Positions 11,940 to 24,737 of a DNA stretch of 64,000 nt are shown here, in pieces. The DNA lies in contig OZ076417.1 in NCBI GenBank assembly GCA_964187785.1, forward strand, positions 16,554,001-16,618,000. The letters run 5' to 3'. How positions within the stretch are numbered: the first letter of the stretch is position 1; each line of letters begins with the position of its first letter. This stretch comes from Amphiscolops sp. MND2022. Its lineage: Eukaryota. Under the pieces are notes generated by a model that was given only the letters and a program-made list of their open reading frames with translations, was not told the origin of the DNA and did not search any database. The translations under genes were made by a program, and so were the position numbers.

Positions 11940-13160
11940 GTGGAGTTATAAATCGACCTGTGAAGTTATCAGAACTACCCTTAATTACCAGAACAACCTG
12001 TAATTATGAGAAGCACAGTGTAGGTAGTCAAATTGCGTAGAAACGATGTTTGATGTAAGTAAGTCAACTACTGTATTTTCCGCTGGTGTAAACTGGTCAA
12101 TTTACGAAGCTGTGTCAACTAGCGTAATGACTTATCAAGGCGTGTAATGTATGACAAGTGCAAATCTTCCAAACATCATTTGGACCAAGCCTATTGTGTT
12201 AACTGTAGAAAATGAGTGTCTCAACCATTGATGGCTAATTAGCCAACAGAAAGAAAGATTGGAGGAACGAGTGTTCCCCCTTACCGAAACTGAAGTTGAT
12301 TGTTTTGATCCCATTGAAGTAAAGTTCATGCGCTTCAGACTATGAAGGAAGAGATGGGCTGTTTTTTCACGTGTATGGTGACTGTAACAATACACTTTGG
12401 CAGTACACATTGGATTTATTCCATCTTGGGAAGCAGACATGTTTATCTGCTATCACAGGGTATTTTTGCCCGGAGCGGCAAATCTACTACAAAGGGACAA
12501 ACTTCGGGGATGCAGCAAAAAAATGAAAGTTGCTATAAATGCATGAAATCAGTCAGAAATTGAGAAAACCCTAGCTCAAAAAGACATCAAGTGCAGATTT
12601 AACTTCCAGGTGCTCCATTAATTGGAGGAATGTGGAACCACTTGGTTGGAAGCTGTAAAAAAGCAATGATGGGCGTTTTGGATGGACACTCTTCGACAGA
12701 CGATGTTCTCATAACAACTGTGTGTTTAGTAGAGCAGACGTTGAGAGCTAGACAACTTACTAGTGTTAAACACGATACAGATGACATGGGACCTTTGACT
12801 CCTAATCATTTCGTATTGGGAAAAAAATAATTTAACCACACTAATCATGCCAGGCGCTCAACGTTCCATGGATTTGAGACTAATTTTCCGAGTTTCGCAA
12901 ACTTATTAAGATATCATCTGGATTAGTTGGACTGAAGAATATATCCCGAAATGGAATGTGCGTAAGAAATGGAACAAAGATGCTGTGAGGCATCTGCGAA
13001 ACTATGACTTGGTTTTGGTCGTGGATGAAAATGTGAAGTGGTCCAACTACAACATTGGTGAGAGTATTGGAAGTGCTGACACCGTTAGATCTGCGACAGT
13101 TGTGACAAACGTTTGCAAACCTGCAAGACCAGTGATAAGACTGTCTCTTCTATTAAAACG
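11940..13160 (+). mobile_element. BEL/Pao LTR retrotransposon fragment (integrase and C-terminal domain)
   Basis: FTETEVDCFDP, RWAVFFTCMVT..IH, GMWNHLVGSCKKAM, PLTPNHFVLG, KKWNKD...LVLVVDEN and RPVIRLSLL are characteristic Pao integrase/DUF5641-type motifs. Confidence 0.85.
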
Positions 13161-13749
13161 TGTTCCGGGAGAAAAAAGTACAGCGATAATGACGTCGAGT
13201 GATAAAACAGTTGAGTTTGAACAGATTGGTTCGAATGAAGAACTCAAAAGTCCGAGAAATTTCTATGAAGTTTCGAGGGAAATAAGCTTGGAAAATGCTA
13301 AACCCCCCTGCAATGGGTTTCTCACAAACTGCTTAGTTTTAGGGACATAAAACTTCGCACATGTATGCAGGAATTCAATCGAGGCAATCCTACCGTTAAA
13401 ACTACCTTTACATCACCTGTGTACCTTTCAAGACCATTTACTTGAAATGGAGAAAATGCCATCAGCCCTTTGACGCTACTACAAACGCCATACCTTTTGA
13501 GACCAGCAAAACAAAATTCAAGACCCACCCTATGTTTCATTTACAACGCCAATAATCTTCATACTACACTTAAATGGCATTTGCTTATACTTCATATGAT
13601 GACTTTCATTTACAGAATAGTTGTAAACAAGATGTGTACAACAAATAGTCAGACAGTAATCGATTGGAGAGCTTTACTCAAGTTGAACCTTAGCACCATT
13701 TCAAATCTCCATTTTTTTCTTTAACTGTTTTTGAATTTTCGCCAAATAC

Positions 13750-15550
13750 TGAGGGCGACTAAGTTGGGTACACTACACTTGTGGAGAAGTGGTTTTGTTA
13801 AGAGAAAAGAAACAAGTGCAATTCGGAATCAATCAACCCCACCAAGTAAAGATACAGTTAGTTTAATCTAAGAAGGAAGCAGTGTTCGGTAACGTTCCGC
13901 AGTACCGATATCACGGCGGCGCAAAGTTTGGTAAAATGAGGGGATCAAGCAGACGTCACAGAATACATTTGTTTTGTAAACTAATTAGAGAGTCCTTTTA
14001 AACGTAGAAGCCTCGAAGAAACTCATAAAGTTTGTCACTAGGTAACAAACTAGCGGATGTAACTGTTTCTTTGTCAAGAGAAGCATGTGCATAAGCATAC
14101 ATGGAAATAATAACAGATTCAAATTTTTCATTGGCTGGTGGTAACTGACGAAGGATATGTTCCATGGGCAGGACTCAAGAGCTTCATCCGTGTCGGAGTT
14201 GAAATGTCTAGCGTCTAAAACAATTTTGACAGTATCTCCATTCGAAACAACAATGAGGGGCTTTGAAAAAGTGGCACGGTACCATTAGAGGTCTCAGAGC
14301 CAATTTGTCTTATTAATTTGTGTTGTTCTAGTTCTCATTTGTATCGATAGTTAAGGAGTTCTTTGACGGCTTGTTGAATTTGGAATCTTGTATTGTTTTG
14401 AGACAGTTTCTAAACGAATTCGCTGTTTTCCCGGGATCACTACTTTGTGTAGCAAAGCAATTTTCTTTTTACCGCAGACAATGCAATGTTGTGAATACTC
14501 ATTATTGGTGATATCAGAGCTCTAAAATTTAAGATTTCTGAGAGTTTTTGAGTTTCAAAAGAACAAGGAAGAGAGGAATGGTTTTTCATTTGCTTGAGAA
14601 GTAGCTCTCACAAATAAAAAAGAGTCGTACAAAAAAGAGAGAAGTAAACCAATACATTAAAATCTTCAACTTGGTATGGTGTATGTCCTAATTTGGTTGC
14701 AGGCACTTCGATACATCCGATTCAACCTGAGGAGAAAATGGGTAAACAATAATTAGTTTTCCAATTATGACTGAACAAAAATTTTGTTTAGGGTCAATGT
14801 TTTGATAAACTTGGAGGAAGGTAAATGTTGAGTTGAGGTGTAGTTAAATGAATTGTAAAATGAATGACTTGCGATGACTTGGGTTTGAAATAGATTTCAT
14901 AGTGTCACTTAGACACTTCCATAGTGTAGACATAAGATAATGAAAATCATGACAAATATATCATTCGATGGATGTTCCAGATACAAAAACTATAAGAATA
15001 ACGTCAATTGATTGAAAAAGAAAATACAAAAAGCGATAGGAGATCGAAATTTGATTGGAGGTTGTGAAGTATTCAAAATGAACATAGCTGAATGAGAAGT
15101 GTGAAAGGTTAAAAAAGGAATAGAGGATCGTAAAAATTTATAAAACAGAGGGACGTAGATTAAAGAGACACTGTAAAGCTTGGGTTTGGGTTGTGAGGCG
15201 ATGAGAGTGAGGCAGATTGGAAGTGGGTTTTGAATTACAACACATAGAGGAATGTTTACCAAAAGTTTGCTGAGTTTAGATTAGTTGGGACACTAATGTG
15301 AAGATGTAACAATTCAGGTTGGTACTTAGTAACAGATATAAAAATTCGATGACTCAATGGACCACGATGTTCGAAATTGAGAATCAAACAAGATACAACC
15401 ACAATCTTTGGTAGGATACATTGAATTGGAAAATTAAATTTGTGTACCCAATAAGCATTGTCGGTTAAAACAGAAATAGATGTGTACCGACTGCAGGGTC
15501 GAACCATTTTTTGGTTATTACAGAACGAAGGACGTACCGACAAGGCTGTC
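13750..15550 (-). mobile_element. Decayed Gypsy fragment (RT N-terminal region and upstream sequence)
   Basis: Minus-strand PLIVVSNGDTVKIVLDARHFNSDTDEALESCP matches the RT at 59900-60080 (VTLVFDARYLNSINDLLNYSWP). Boundaries are approximate. Confidence 0.6.
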
Positions 15551-15754
15551 GAACCACTAGACCGTTAGTACAGCAAAAGGTCTACCGACAAAGTCGCAAC
15601 GTGTTTCAGATTTCTAGAGAAGGGATGTACCGGCAGACTACATCTAGACTATAACTTAAGGTTGAAAATGTAACATTGTAGATATTTCATGTTTTCAACA
15701 GACATTTCGAAAGTTAACATTTGAAACACATTCTAGTATTTGACTGGTCATTCA

Positions 15755-15888
15755 GTATACAAATATTTGAATACAGTCAAAAATTGTAACACCCCTGGGT
15801 TTCCGCGATTTTGTTTTTCTCGAGAAAAACAAAATCGCGGAAACCCAGGGGTGTTGCAATTTTTGACTGTATTCAAATATTTGTATAC
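15755..15888. repeat. 134-bp spacerless palindrome (67-bp arms, one mismatch), MITE/foldback-like
   Basis: gtatacaaatatttgaatacagtc...ttttctc|gagaaaaa...gactgtattcaaatatttgtatac, centred at 15821/15822. Confidence 0.9.
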
Positions 15889-16096
15889 GATCGTGGAAGA
15901 TACATCACTCATTCATAAAAAAGAGGTTTTATTCATAACTAAGACTCCTTAAAACCGTGAAAAAAAACTAAGTTTGATTCAACTGTTACCAAATGTTAGC
16001 TGATTGACTGACCCTTATCCATTTATTACAATTCTTAGGAATCAGTCTAACAAAAACTTTGGCTTTTTGAACAAACATGACATCCAAAAAACGAAC

Positions 16097-16456
16097 CGCA
16101 AAATAGGGTCTCAGAAACAACTAAACAGAACCCGCCGCACTCCTGTCCATCCCACGCACAGGCATCTCTGTCAATGCATTGCATTGTGTGGTCGTTATTG
16201 ATGTAACCGTCGTCACATTCACACGTGAAAGATCCATCTCTGTTGATGCATGATGTATGCCTTGTATCTGGACAAGCATTTGCGTCCACAACACACTCGT
16301 CTACATCTTCACAGCTAGCTATTCCTTCTTCCGAAATGGTCACGAATTGGAAGCCAGAGTTGCAGGAGCAATTGTACCCTTGATTCAATTCATTCACACA
16401 AACTCCTGCTCGGAGCCCATTACAAGCACCGTCCTTAACTGAACATTCATCAACGT
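16097..16456 (-). CDS. Host exon: two Ca-binding EGF domains plus the start of a third EGF-like unit
   Basis: Acceptor tttgtatgctttag, then DVDECSVKDGAC...CVN....YNCSCNSGF and EDVDEC...CINRDGSFTCECDDGY. Probable donor gttcgt gives 360 nt, phase 1-1 (3' end less sure). Confidence 0.85.
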
Positions 16457-16836
16457 CTAAAGCATACAAAACACGCGCAACATGGTACGATCTCGGAGCC
16501 TTTAACTAGCTGTAGCTAACACTTATGCGCAGAAACCACCTGAACAGTTCCAAGATAATTTCCCAAAGAAAGTGCTCAAAGGAAAGACAAAAACTTATCA
16601 AAAGAAAGACAAATGTGATTTAATAATGCACATGAAGCTTCCTTGAAGGAACGTTTTGCTTGTATACAAGACTTGGATATTCAACGAAACAACAATCCAC
16701 CATCAAAAAAGGAATTGACGTTCAGAAACCAGCTGTATCTATTAATTTATTTTATTTTTATATAATTTATTTTAAAAAAGAGCTAATTATCAGTAGCGAT
16801 CAAACCATTGTTTCGTACAAAAGTCAGTTGAATACT

Positions 16837-17030
16837 AGTAGTAATAGACGGGGGGTTTATGCACGTTTTTGACTCTTTTGAAAATTTTCGAAGATTTTCA
16901 ATGCACGTTTTGGGCCCCCAAACTGAAAAGATTTTGGGCTCCCAAAGTCAGAAAGGTCAAAGATCACTTTGTTTGAACTGTCAAATTTTGTATATTTTAC
17001 CATTCGGCTGTCAAATTTCATTTACTATAC
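16837..17030 (+). repeat. Maverick left terminal inverted repeat
   Basis: Reverse complement of 30380-30549: tagacgggg.gtttatgcacgtttttg.ctcttttgaaa...tgtatattttacca.tcggctgtcaa. Confidence 0.9.
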
Positions 17031-17679
17031 GTCAAAATAGACTTTTCTGACTTAGAATAATCTCGACTCGGGAGCCCAAAAAGTGCAAGAGAATCTTCGA
17101 ATAATTTCAGCTAAAGAGCTGTAAACATGCATAAACTTGCAGTAGACGTTGAAGAAAACTAACCTTTCGTTGGCGCAACAATAACGGAGTGTAAGTAAAT
17201 GTACAAAAGACTTTGATAAAGACAGAATGAAGTCTTCCCTGTTCTGAGAAACTAGAAACCCACGAGCGGCAGTATCTTGCTTTTTCATTTTACACTTAAT
17301 GCTTTTTTGTGACATTTTACAGCCTATAAAACTAATCCACCAAAATTACTCATCAGTTGAAGACAAATGTCATAGGACATCAATCAATGCCTAATAATAT
17401 AAAAACCCATAACTATCAAAGAAATGAAAAAGTCTCCTTTCAGGGACAATTGCTATCTAAGTGCCTAGGAAACTTCCAAATAAAATACTGACGCAATTGG
17501 TCAGATAGTCGTTCGCCAAAACGTCTTATATAAAATTCCTTCATTACAAATCAGCAGCTAATTCAAATGACGACTGTGTTTCGTGAAATACCATCTAACT
17601 ATTGGCTTCTTCTATTTTCCACTGATGAAAATAGTGAAAAGGTCGCAAGTGGTTCTGGAGCTCAGAAAGTAACCGAGGC

Positions 17680-18890
17680 ATGCCACCGAGCGTTGCCGAT
17701 TTGCTCGAGAAGCTAACCAGCTCAAATGACTGTCAGTTCCTTTACAAGAAGCACAACATCGAATAAAATAGCGGTGGTCAACTCGAGGACTTCTGCCAGT
17801 GGATGCCTTCAAATCACTATTACATACTGCTCTACCTTCCCCATTCAGCTGGAGGCGAGAAGTTGATAAAGCAGTCAGTTTCTCAAACACTGTCGAATGT
17901 ACACAATGCCAAAGTCAAACTACTAACCGTCTCCTACCCTGAGAACTTTTCAAAAGCAGAAACTTCAATCTTCTGCGATTAATGTCTGGAAGTCAGAGGA
18001 GAACGAATGCAGAAGCTGATACAGGCGAAAACTAGTGTGAGTTTGAGTTGCAGTTTTGTATCTTTATGGGAACTTGAGAAAAACAACTCACTTGGAAACT
18101 GTGCCGACAGTGAAAAGGCTCTTTACGTTTTCCAGAAACTATTGGAGCTCGAGAAAAGTGACGCACCTTTCAAAGACACATTTATATCCTACATCGATTT
18201 TTTTACAGCAAGGGGTTGGACGATTTTTCGTTACGGAGCACAACTGAACATTGGACATTGACTTGGGTGCTTCAAATGCTCAATGCACATGCTACGAGTG
18301 TCTCTTTCAGCCATTACATGAAACACCAGACGACCAAAAAAGAAACTTTCAATTATCTCTCTTCAATGAAGACACGATAATTGATACTTCATTTTTGTAA
18401 AACCTTTTCTAGCAAACAGTTGGATCCAATACAATTTTTCCACGAAGCAAAAAAGTTTTCAGCACAAGAAATTAGTGAGAGTTTCAACGCCGTAAATTAT
18501 TTGTTTCCAAGAAACACTACCACTATTTCTAGCAGTATGCCGTTATCTGGATGAAAATGTTGGTTTGAGAAAGATCAATGCTTTGGCCCATTCTGGCGGG
18601 AAAAAAGGACCGGGAGACAGTAAACTAGACAACTATTTCAATTTATTGAAAATATTGCGATTGCATCCAATTTGTCATGATGCACATTGTTATATGGAAG
18701 TTTTAAGAACGTTGGACCCGGCTATGTTTACACCATAACGATAACACAGTCCTTCCGCAACAATATGCTCCTAGGACATGTCTCCGGGATAGCTTATTGG
18801 ACATTTGTCGAAATTTTTCATCGGGAGCATTATGATGCATTCCCCTTCTAAACTTTCAATCCAATTCTCGAACCACCTTTAGTTCGGTCG
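17680..18890 (+). pseudogene. Maverick left-arm unknown ORF(s), interrupted
   Basis: ATG at 17680 is in frame with ORF 18007-18261 across two stops. Coding-like peptides continue after frameshifts to about 18750 or beyond. Confidence 0.45.
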
Positions 18891-19267
18891 CAACATAACT
18901 TCCAAACACTAACTGTTATGAGCAACACGGTCACTTGTCAGAGCAGTGGATACTGTAGCGAGTTGACGTTGAACCTTTACGAGAGTCAAGACGACCAACT
19001 TGACTACGCTGATTTGTCTGTTCCAATTTTAGAAAGAATTATTTTCAACAACAAAGACGAAGAAAGGCCTCCATACAAATTTGACTGTTGTGAATCGCGC
19101 ATCGAGAGATCGTTGGTCCTAGTTTGCATCCATTATGCTATTATTCTCGCTGTAAAATTTTTCTGAATTATATTTCCGTCCCTTTGTGACGCAGAGAGCA
19201 GATTTGCCTCAGGTGTGTTGGCACTTCTTTCAGCTTGCGTTGGTCACGTTATACCTGGCCCGAAACC

Positions 19268-19960
19268 ATGAACAAGAGTATCAGCACCAATCCACATTGC
19301 TTCATTTCAATCATCGGCCCCGCTGGATGTGGCAAAAGAAATTTAATTGGAAGGATGATTACGAATCAAGAGAAAATTTTCCGACGGTTTTTCGATAGAA
19401 TAATCTACTTTTACAAACACGGGCAAGATTCTCATGAAACACTTAAAGCTGAGTGTTCAACTAAAGCTGTCGATCTTGAACTTGTTCAATGTTTGGAGTG
19501 GAAGGTTCTCGAGCGAAGTGAGGCCCTGAACTAGAGAACTTTGAATGTTACTGATGACTTGTATTATGAAGCGGCTCAAACTAAAGAGTTCCTCGACCTA
19601 GTTATTGCTGGTCGACATAAAAAAAGTACATTTAATGGTAATGCGACATAACCTTTACCAGCAGTCGAAAAACGCAAAAACGATTGATCTGAATGTGACT
19701 CAGATAATTCTGTTCAACAGCCCTCGAGATTTGGAACAAATTGGAATCTTGGGACGTCGACTGGGCGAGCGATGAAGGCATATAAAAGGGCTATGCAACA
19801 CCCGTTTGGTCAATTGATGATCGACCTGGATTTTCGAAGTAGTAGAAATTTGAGATATTCCTCACATCGCTCTGGAGAGAAACCAAATCATTTTCATTGT
19901 GCTACAGGTCAACTTTTCATTCCAATTAATGATGAATTTACAAAATTATTATACTCTTAG
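19268..19960 (+). pseudogene. Maverick DNA-packaging ATPase (A32/FtsK-like)
   Basis: Walker A-like IIGPAGCGK, Walker B-like VTDDLY, IAGRH, HNLYQQSKNAKTIDLN, NSPRD and PFGQLMIDL. One stop and frameshifts. Confidence 0.9.
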
Positions 19961-20250
19961 TTTGTACCAAAAATTTTCATCTACTCTGAGAAAGTTTTTG
20001 ATTCTCCATTGTCCCGACGAAATTAAAATTTTTTATTATTGCATTTTCAACGTAGTAAAGTGGAAAGTCTCGCTAGAAAAGAACGGGCAAGAAAAAATGT
20101 CTCTACTGTCACGAGAAAAAAAAACAACGTTGAGACAATTTGCACTAAGAAACGAGTTTCTTTGAAGAGAAAGCGTCAAGTCTTAGGCTCTGACAGAGGG
20201 TGGCGGTTGTTGAAACTAGTCCTTCCATCAGTTCAGAGTCATTTGAAAAA
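19960..20250 (+). pseudogene. Small basic conserved Maverick ORF downstream of the ATPase
   Basis: LILHCPDEIKIFYYCIFNVVKWKVSL...KRVSLKRKRQVL...LLKLVLPSV resembles the small protein that follows the ATPase in animal Mavericks (from recall). Confidence 0.55.
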
Positions 20251-20255
20251 GAGCC

Positions 20256-21000
20256 ATGACAGCGATCAGCAGCCTACGCAATCTCATCCTCATTACTCAC
20301 TACGAAGACATATATTTGATACAACAAGCAAAGAAGCCAGACGCTCGCGAAAAACGAAAGCAACAAATACTTTCGAATGTCAGTCAAGATACACAGCATG
20401 TGCATCAAGAACAAAACAACATGAACGTTTCTGAACCAGTACAACAGTTATCAGAAGAGGCTCTAGTGGCGCAGCTGAATCTAAATTCAAGGTATCCTAC
20501 AGAAACGGAGCTCCTTAAAAGCAGTCAAAAGGTGAACGAATCACGTCAGAAACCCTCCGATCAAGTTTTGTCGAAATTACTAGAATCTGGCGTCAAAGGC
20601 GAAAAGTTGAGAAATCACGACAAATTTTGAAGAAGATTGAAGATTTTGAGCGTACCACAATAGATGACACCAATCATACTATATTATTGGACCAACAAGA
20701 CACAGGAATCAGTATAGTTGAATTTTTGTCGGCATTGCAGGTGAAGAAGAACAGTTGCCGAAAAGGTTTCTAACTTTGGTTGAAGTTCTCAGACTTCCGC
20801 AATTTTTACTGGCCAATACCTATGCAAGGCACACTAGCAGTCAGAATCAACATCAAATTAGACTTGCTGCCGGTGCTTCGCCCTACAAAAGACAGAAGCT
20901 CGACAACGAAATCGCACCCAATCAGTGGCTCACGAACTTTTGAGAATGAAAAATAAGAAGTGGTTCTGTGGTTCATGCAAAACAGGTCTGGGTAAAGGGA
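20256..21000 (+). pseudogene. Maverick hypothetical protein, frameshifted
   Basis: ORF 20256-20630 continues in another frame as ...GISIVEFLSALQVKKKQLPKRFLTLVEVLRLPQFLLAN. Confidence 0.5.
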
Positions 21001-21099
21001 CAAAGAAAACTCCATCACTTTGGTGTCACGTTTGAGGATGTGTTCACTTCAAATGCAGACAGCAAAGACAGCAAAGACTATCACGACAATTTCTTGTGC

Positions 21100-21808
21100 C
21101 TCTCCAATTGCAAAAAAACACCGAAAATTGCTAGATGATGAAGAAGACAATGACTACGCAGCTGCCATCACAAAAATTCACGATTACTACACCAACCCTA
21201 AAAAGAGGTCTGCTTTCGGGGGTAGACTAAACTTGATAAAGGAATCCAAGTTCCGTGCAAAAGATGTAGAACGTTATTTGGACTCGAGTGAAACTTACAC
21301 AAAATTCAAACTGACTAGAAAACGTTTTCCACGGTTGAAAGTTATTTGCTATAGGCAGAATGAAATTTGGTCGGTTGACTTGGCCGACTTGCAAAGCTGG
21401 CAAACAATAATTCCGGCATCAGATATCTATTTGTGGCTGTAGACGTCCTGAGTCGTTATCAAGATGAAAACAGCGCGGTCATGTAGAGAAGCTTTGAAAA
21501 CAATCATTGCCAAGAATGAGAAGTCCCCGAAACCAAAGATTTGCAGTGAAAGGCAAAGCCCAGGAAAAAAATGGGTTGACAATGGACGTGAGTTTTCGGT
21601 CGACTTTGCTACTTTTTGCAGTCAGAAGGGGATTCAGATTTATTCCAACAAAAATGAGACAGAGTCTGCATTAGCCGAAAGAAATATTAGATCTCTAAAT
21701 TCGTTAATATTCAAATATTTGCACGAACATGACCAAAGTAGATATTGTGATATTTATCCAAGGTAAATATTACGAGCCTGAACTCGTGCAATTCGCTCCA
21801 CCTTGACA
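21100..21808 (+). pseudogene. Maverick retroviral-like integrase (internally deleted)
   Basis: YTNPKKRSAFGG, IWSVDLADL, RYLFVAVDVLSRY, WVDNGREF, ALAERNIRSL and terminal QGKYYEPEL. The segment between the core and the C-terminal motif looks deleted. Confidence 0.9.
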
Positions 21809-21818
21809 GTCTTCAACA

Positions 21819-22830
21819 ATGGACGGACCCTCAAGAACAATTGATCTTTCAAGTTCCTCACAAGAATTCACCATGAATCTCGTTTCTAATGCATTCATGG
21901 ATACTTTCCCGGAAACACGTTGTCCAGTTTAACGACGCTTCTACCAAGACCAATCCATTTTTCGGAAGAATGGCAGGTGGCTTTAGTAGAGATTGCTTGG
22001 CCCAATAGCGTTCAAAACGTGACTGTGGGCGACTTTACTGTATCCAAAAGACACATCCAGCCACCCATCGACAAGCGACCACGCAAGCACATTTTGCACG
22101 GTGGACTTCCAATGACGACTCCTGCACCATTTCGAACCCAAGCCTCCTTCATACACTGCTCCTGTAACGCACCGCATAAAACCGGTTTTATACATCAGTA
22201 GATTCAATTCTAGAATCAATCTTAAAAATTGCATCCTGAAAGAAAAAAGTTGGAGAGAAACGGAACGCATCATCGTCTGACATTGTTCCGTCACTTTTGA
22301 CTTGGAAAATTGACAAAGTCTCTGCTATAATACATGTGAAATTTTGTGGAATCCTTGAAAAAGATGGTCTGAAAATTTTCACAGAGTCCAATGATTTGCA
22401 GAACATTTTGGGCACCAATGTAATCATTGATTGTAGTGAGGGACCTAAAGAACAGGAAAAGATCGATGCAGAATCTCCATCAAACACAATTGTCAAACAT
22501 GTATGAAAATGGCCAGTCGACTTGAATGCGGGCAGACATACAATGTTTTTGTACTGCGACCTCGTTTAAAACCAAACATTGGGCGACATGCAGACAGCAC
22601 TTTTGCGATCGGTTCCTCTAAAAAATCTAACAAGGGTACAGACGTTGGGAGCAATGAATCACAAAAATTTTACTAATCTGCAATGGAAACACGTCATATA
22701 ACCCCAATTCCAGTCAATCAATGTTTTTCTTGCCAATGAAAAGGGTCATAAAATTCCTTTTTTGAGTTGCGGTCACACCAAGGTGACTCTGGCCTTCAGG
22801 CCAGCACCACGACATTTTCTGGGCATCATT
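21819..22830 (+). pseudogene. Maverick minor capsid (penton-like) protein
   Basis: FTMNLVSNAFMDTFP.NTLSSLTTLLPRPIHFSEEWQVALVEIAWP, MFLYCDLV, GDMQTALLRSVP and QFQSINVFL. Frameshifted. Confidence 0.75.
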
Positions 22831-22868
22831 CATCCTCTTTTAACCAATTGTTTTCGATTAGCTCCAGA

Positions 22869-23370
22869 ATGGATGCTCATTACGATTCACAAATTAAAAC
22901 AAACACTCACTCAACGTTCAGCGGTCCAGCCAGGCAGATGGGATCTGGGGGTGGCTTTGGAGCTTTTGCTGTCCGAATGGGTCGTGTGGCCATTCCACTA
23001 GTTAGAAAGTACATCTTACCTGTAGCAAAACAAGTCGGCAAAAACTTGATAGAAAGCGCCGTTCCTGAAGTTGGACAGATCTTGACAGGTAGGAAGAAGC
23101 CCAGCTGTAAGCTATTGACTGATGTCGTCGAAAGGACCGCCCTCGAAACGATGAAAACAAATTTGCCAAGCTGAATTACCCTGTGGCCCGGCGGCGGCGA
23201 GCGGAAGCCCGGACCGCGGCGGTCGGCGGTGGCAGCAAACGAATGAATTACACGAAAAGTCAAATTATCATCAGGGAATGGAAAGCGGAAAAATCTTTCA
23301 AACATTTCAAATAAAGCCCGCGCCAAGAGAAGTCGGTCCGATCTTTTGTCTGAAATTCAATTTGCACAGT
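22869..23370 (+). pseudogene. Maverick core/virion-associated small protein (Gly-rich QxGxG motif, basic tail)
   Basis: MDAHYDSQ...RQMGSGGGFGAFAVRMGRVAIPLVRKYILPVAKQVGK, followed by an Arg/Lys-rich tail. GxG sites fit adenain-type cleavage (inference). Confidence 0.6.
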
Positions 23371-23387
23371 AGAGTCAAGTTCACAGA

Positions 23388-24737
23388 ATGGCATTAGTTA
23401 ACAATATGTTTGTTGGCACTTCCTTGGAAATTGCAAAACCAGTGACACACAGCGCTCTAAACTATTTCGAAAAGCCTGAAGTAATGATCAATTACGAAGG
23501 GTCCTACGACCAAGAAGTTTTCCAGCACAAGGGATGCCGTGGACCTCAATTGCATTTTTTTTGTTGACGCTGAAGCGAAAAACTTGATTGACTTGAATCA
23601 CATTGTTCTCAGCGTTGAGGTTGCCGTCTATCATGATGACGGAAAGACAAGGGCCAAACCAGGCGAATTTGAAGCCGTTTTCTCCAACAATACCCTCCAC
23701 ATACTCTTTTCCCATGCAGAATTGTACCTAAACGGAAAACTGATTTCTCACTGCAACAATTGCTACTTGCATTCAGCTTTTGTGGAAACTGAATTGACCA
23801 CCGACACCGACAGTAAAGCTTCGTGGGCCAAATGTCAGGGCTACAACTATTTAGCCAAGTCCAATGAGAAGTATCAAATGTTCAACAAGCTTGCAGCTGA
23901 TTTTGCTCAACTGAAAGAATACAAAATGCAGTTATGTGGTGCTCTCCACATTGACTTTTTGGGTTGCGAAAAACTTTACTGCCCAATGTCACTCTACATG
24001 TTCGGCTCTATCGCTCGCCAAGTAACACAATCATCTATCTCAAAGGCACCAATGACGAAGAAAAAGCACACGAAGGAAAACTCTTGGCCATTGTCGAGAA
24101 GGCTTCCCTTTTTGTGAGGAAAGTTGTAGTGACAGACAGTGTTAAACTGTCAATAGAGAGAGCATTAGTGAAAAGCGATGCAATATATCCATATACTGAA
24201 AACTTGAACAAACGTTTCATTATTCAATCCGGACAGAATTGTTTTATCAAGGAAAACATCTTTGGCATCGAGCCAATTCGACGACTGACTTTGTGCATCG
24301 TTAAAAACTCTCTGTTCCGTAGTACGCCACTGAACGAGTCTCCTTTCTCATACCAAAAGTTCAACTTGCAAAGAGTGGAACTCCAAAGGGGCAATGGTGT
24401 GCCTTTAGCTGGGACACCATTGGATACTACAAACAACGTGAGATTGTACTACAACACCATCACAGCCCTTGGATTCACCCAAAAGAGTAACGGTATCAGC
24501 CTTGAGGATTACACAGACGACCATTTCTTTCTTGTGTTCGAATTGACATCAACTCAAGAAGCTAGTAACGCCTTCACACTTTTTCCCGGATTAACGGGAT
24601 CCAGTTTGACTCTGAAGATCTACATTGAGAAAACACTTGATAATGCCATTGAACTTTTTTTGATTGGGGAGCCATTTAGTCAGGTCTTCATTGACTCTGC
24701 GCGCAATATAAAGAAACACAGCCCCTTGGATGGATAG
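23388..24737 (+). pseudogene. Maverick major capsid protein (double jelly-roll), two frameshifts
   Basis: IDLNHIVLSVEV, NNTLHILFSHAELYLNG, LHIDF, LLPNVTLHVRLYRS, PIRRLTLCIV, PFSYQKFNLQ and FFLVFELTS, spread over ORFs 23539-24117 and 23964-24737. Confidence 0.85.

Noticed and set aside
15740-15952. ORF with mirrored peptide content
   Set aside because: Artefact of translating through the 134-bp palindrome.
17612-17890. Cys-rich minus-strand ORF considered as a host exon
   Set aside because: It lies inside the Maverick TIR boundaries, and the plus strand carries the longer coding-like frame.
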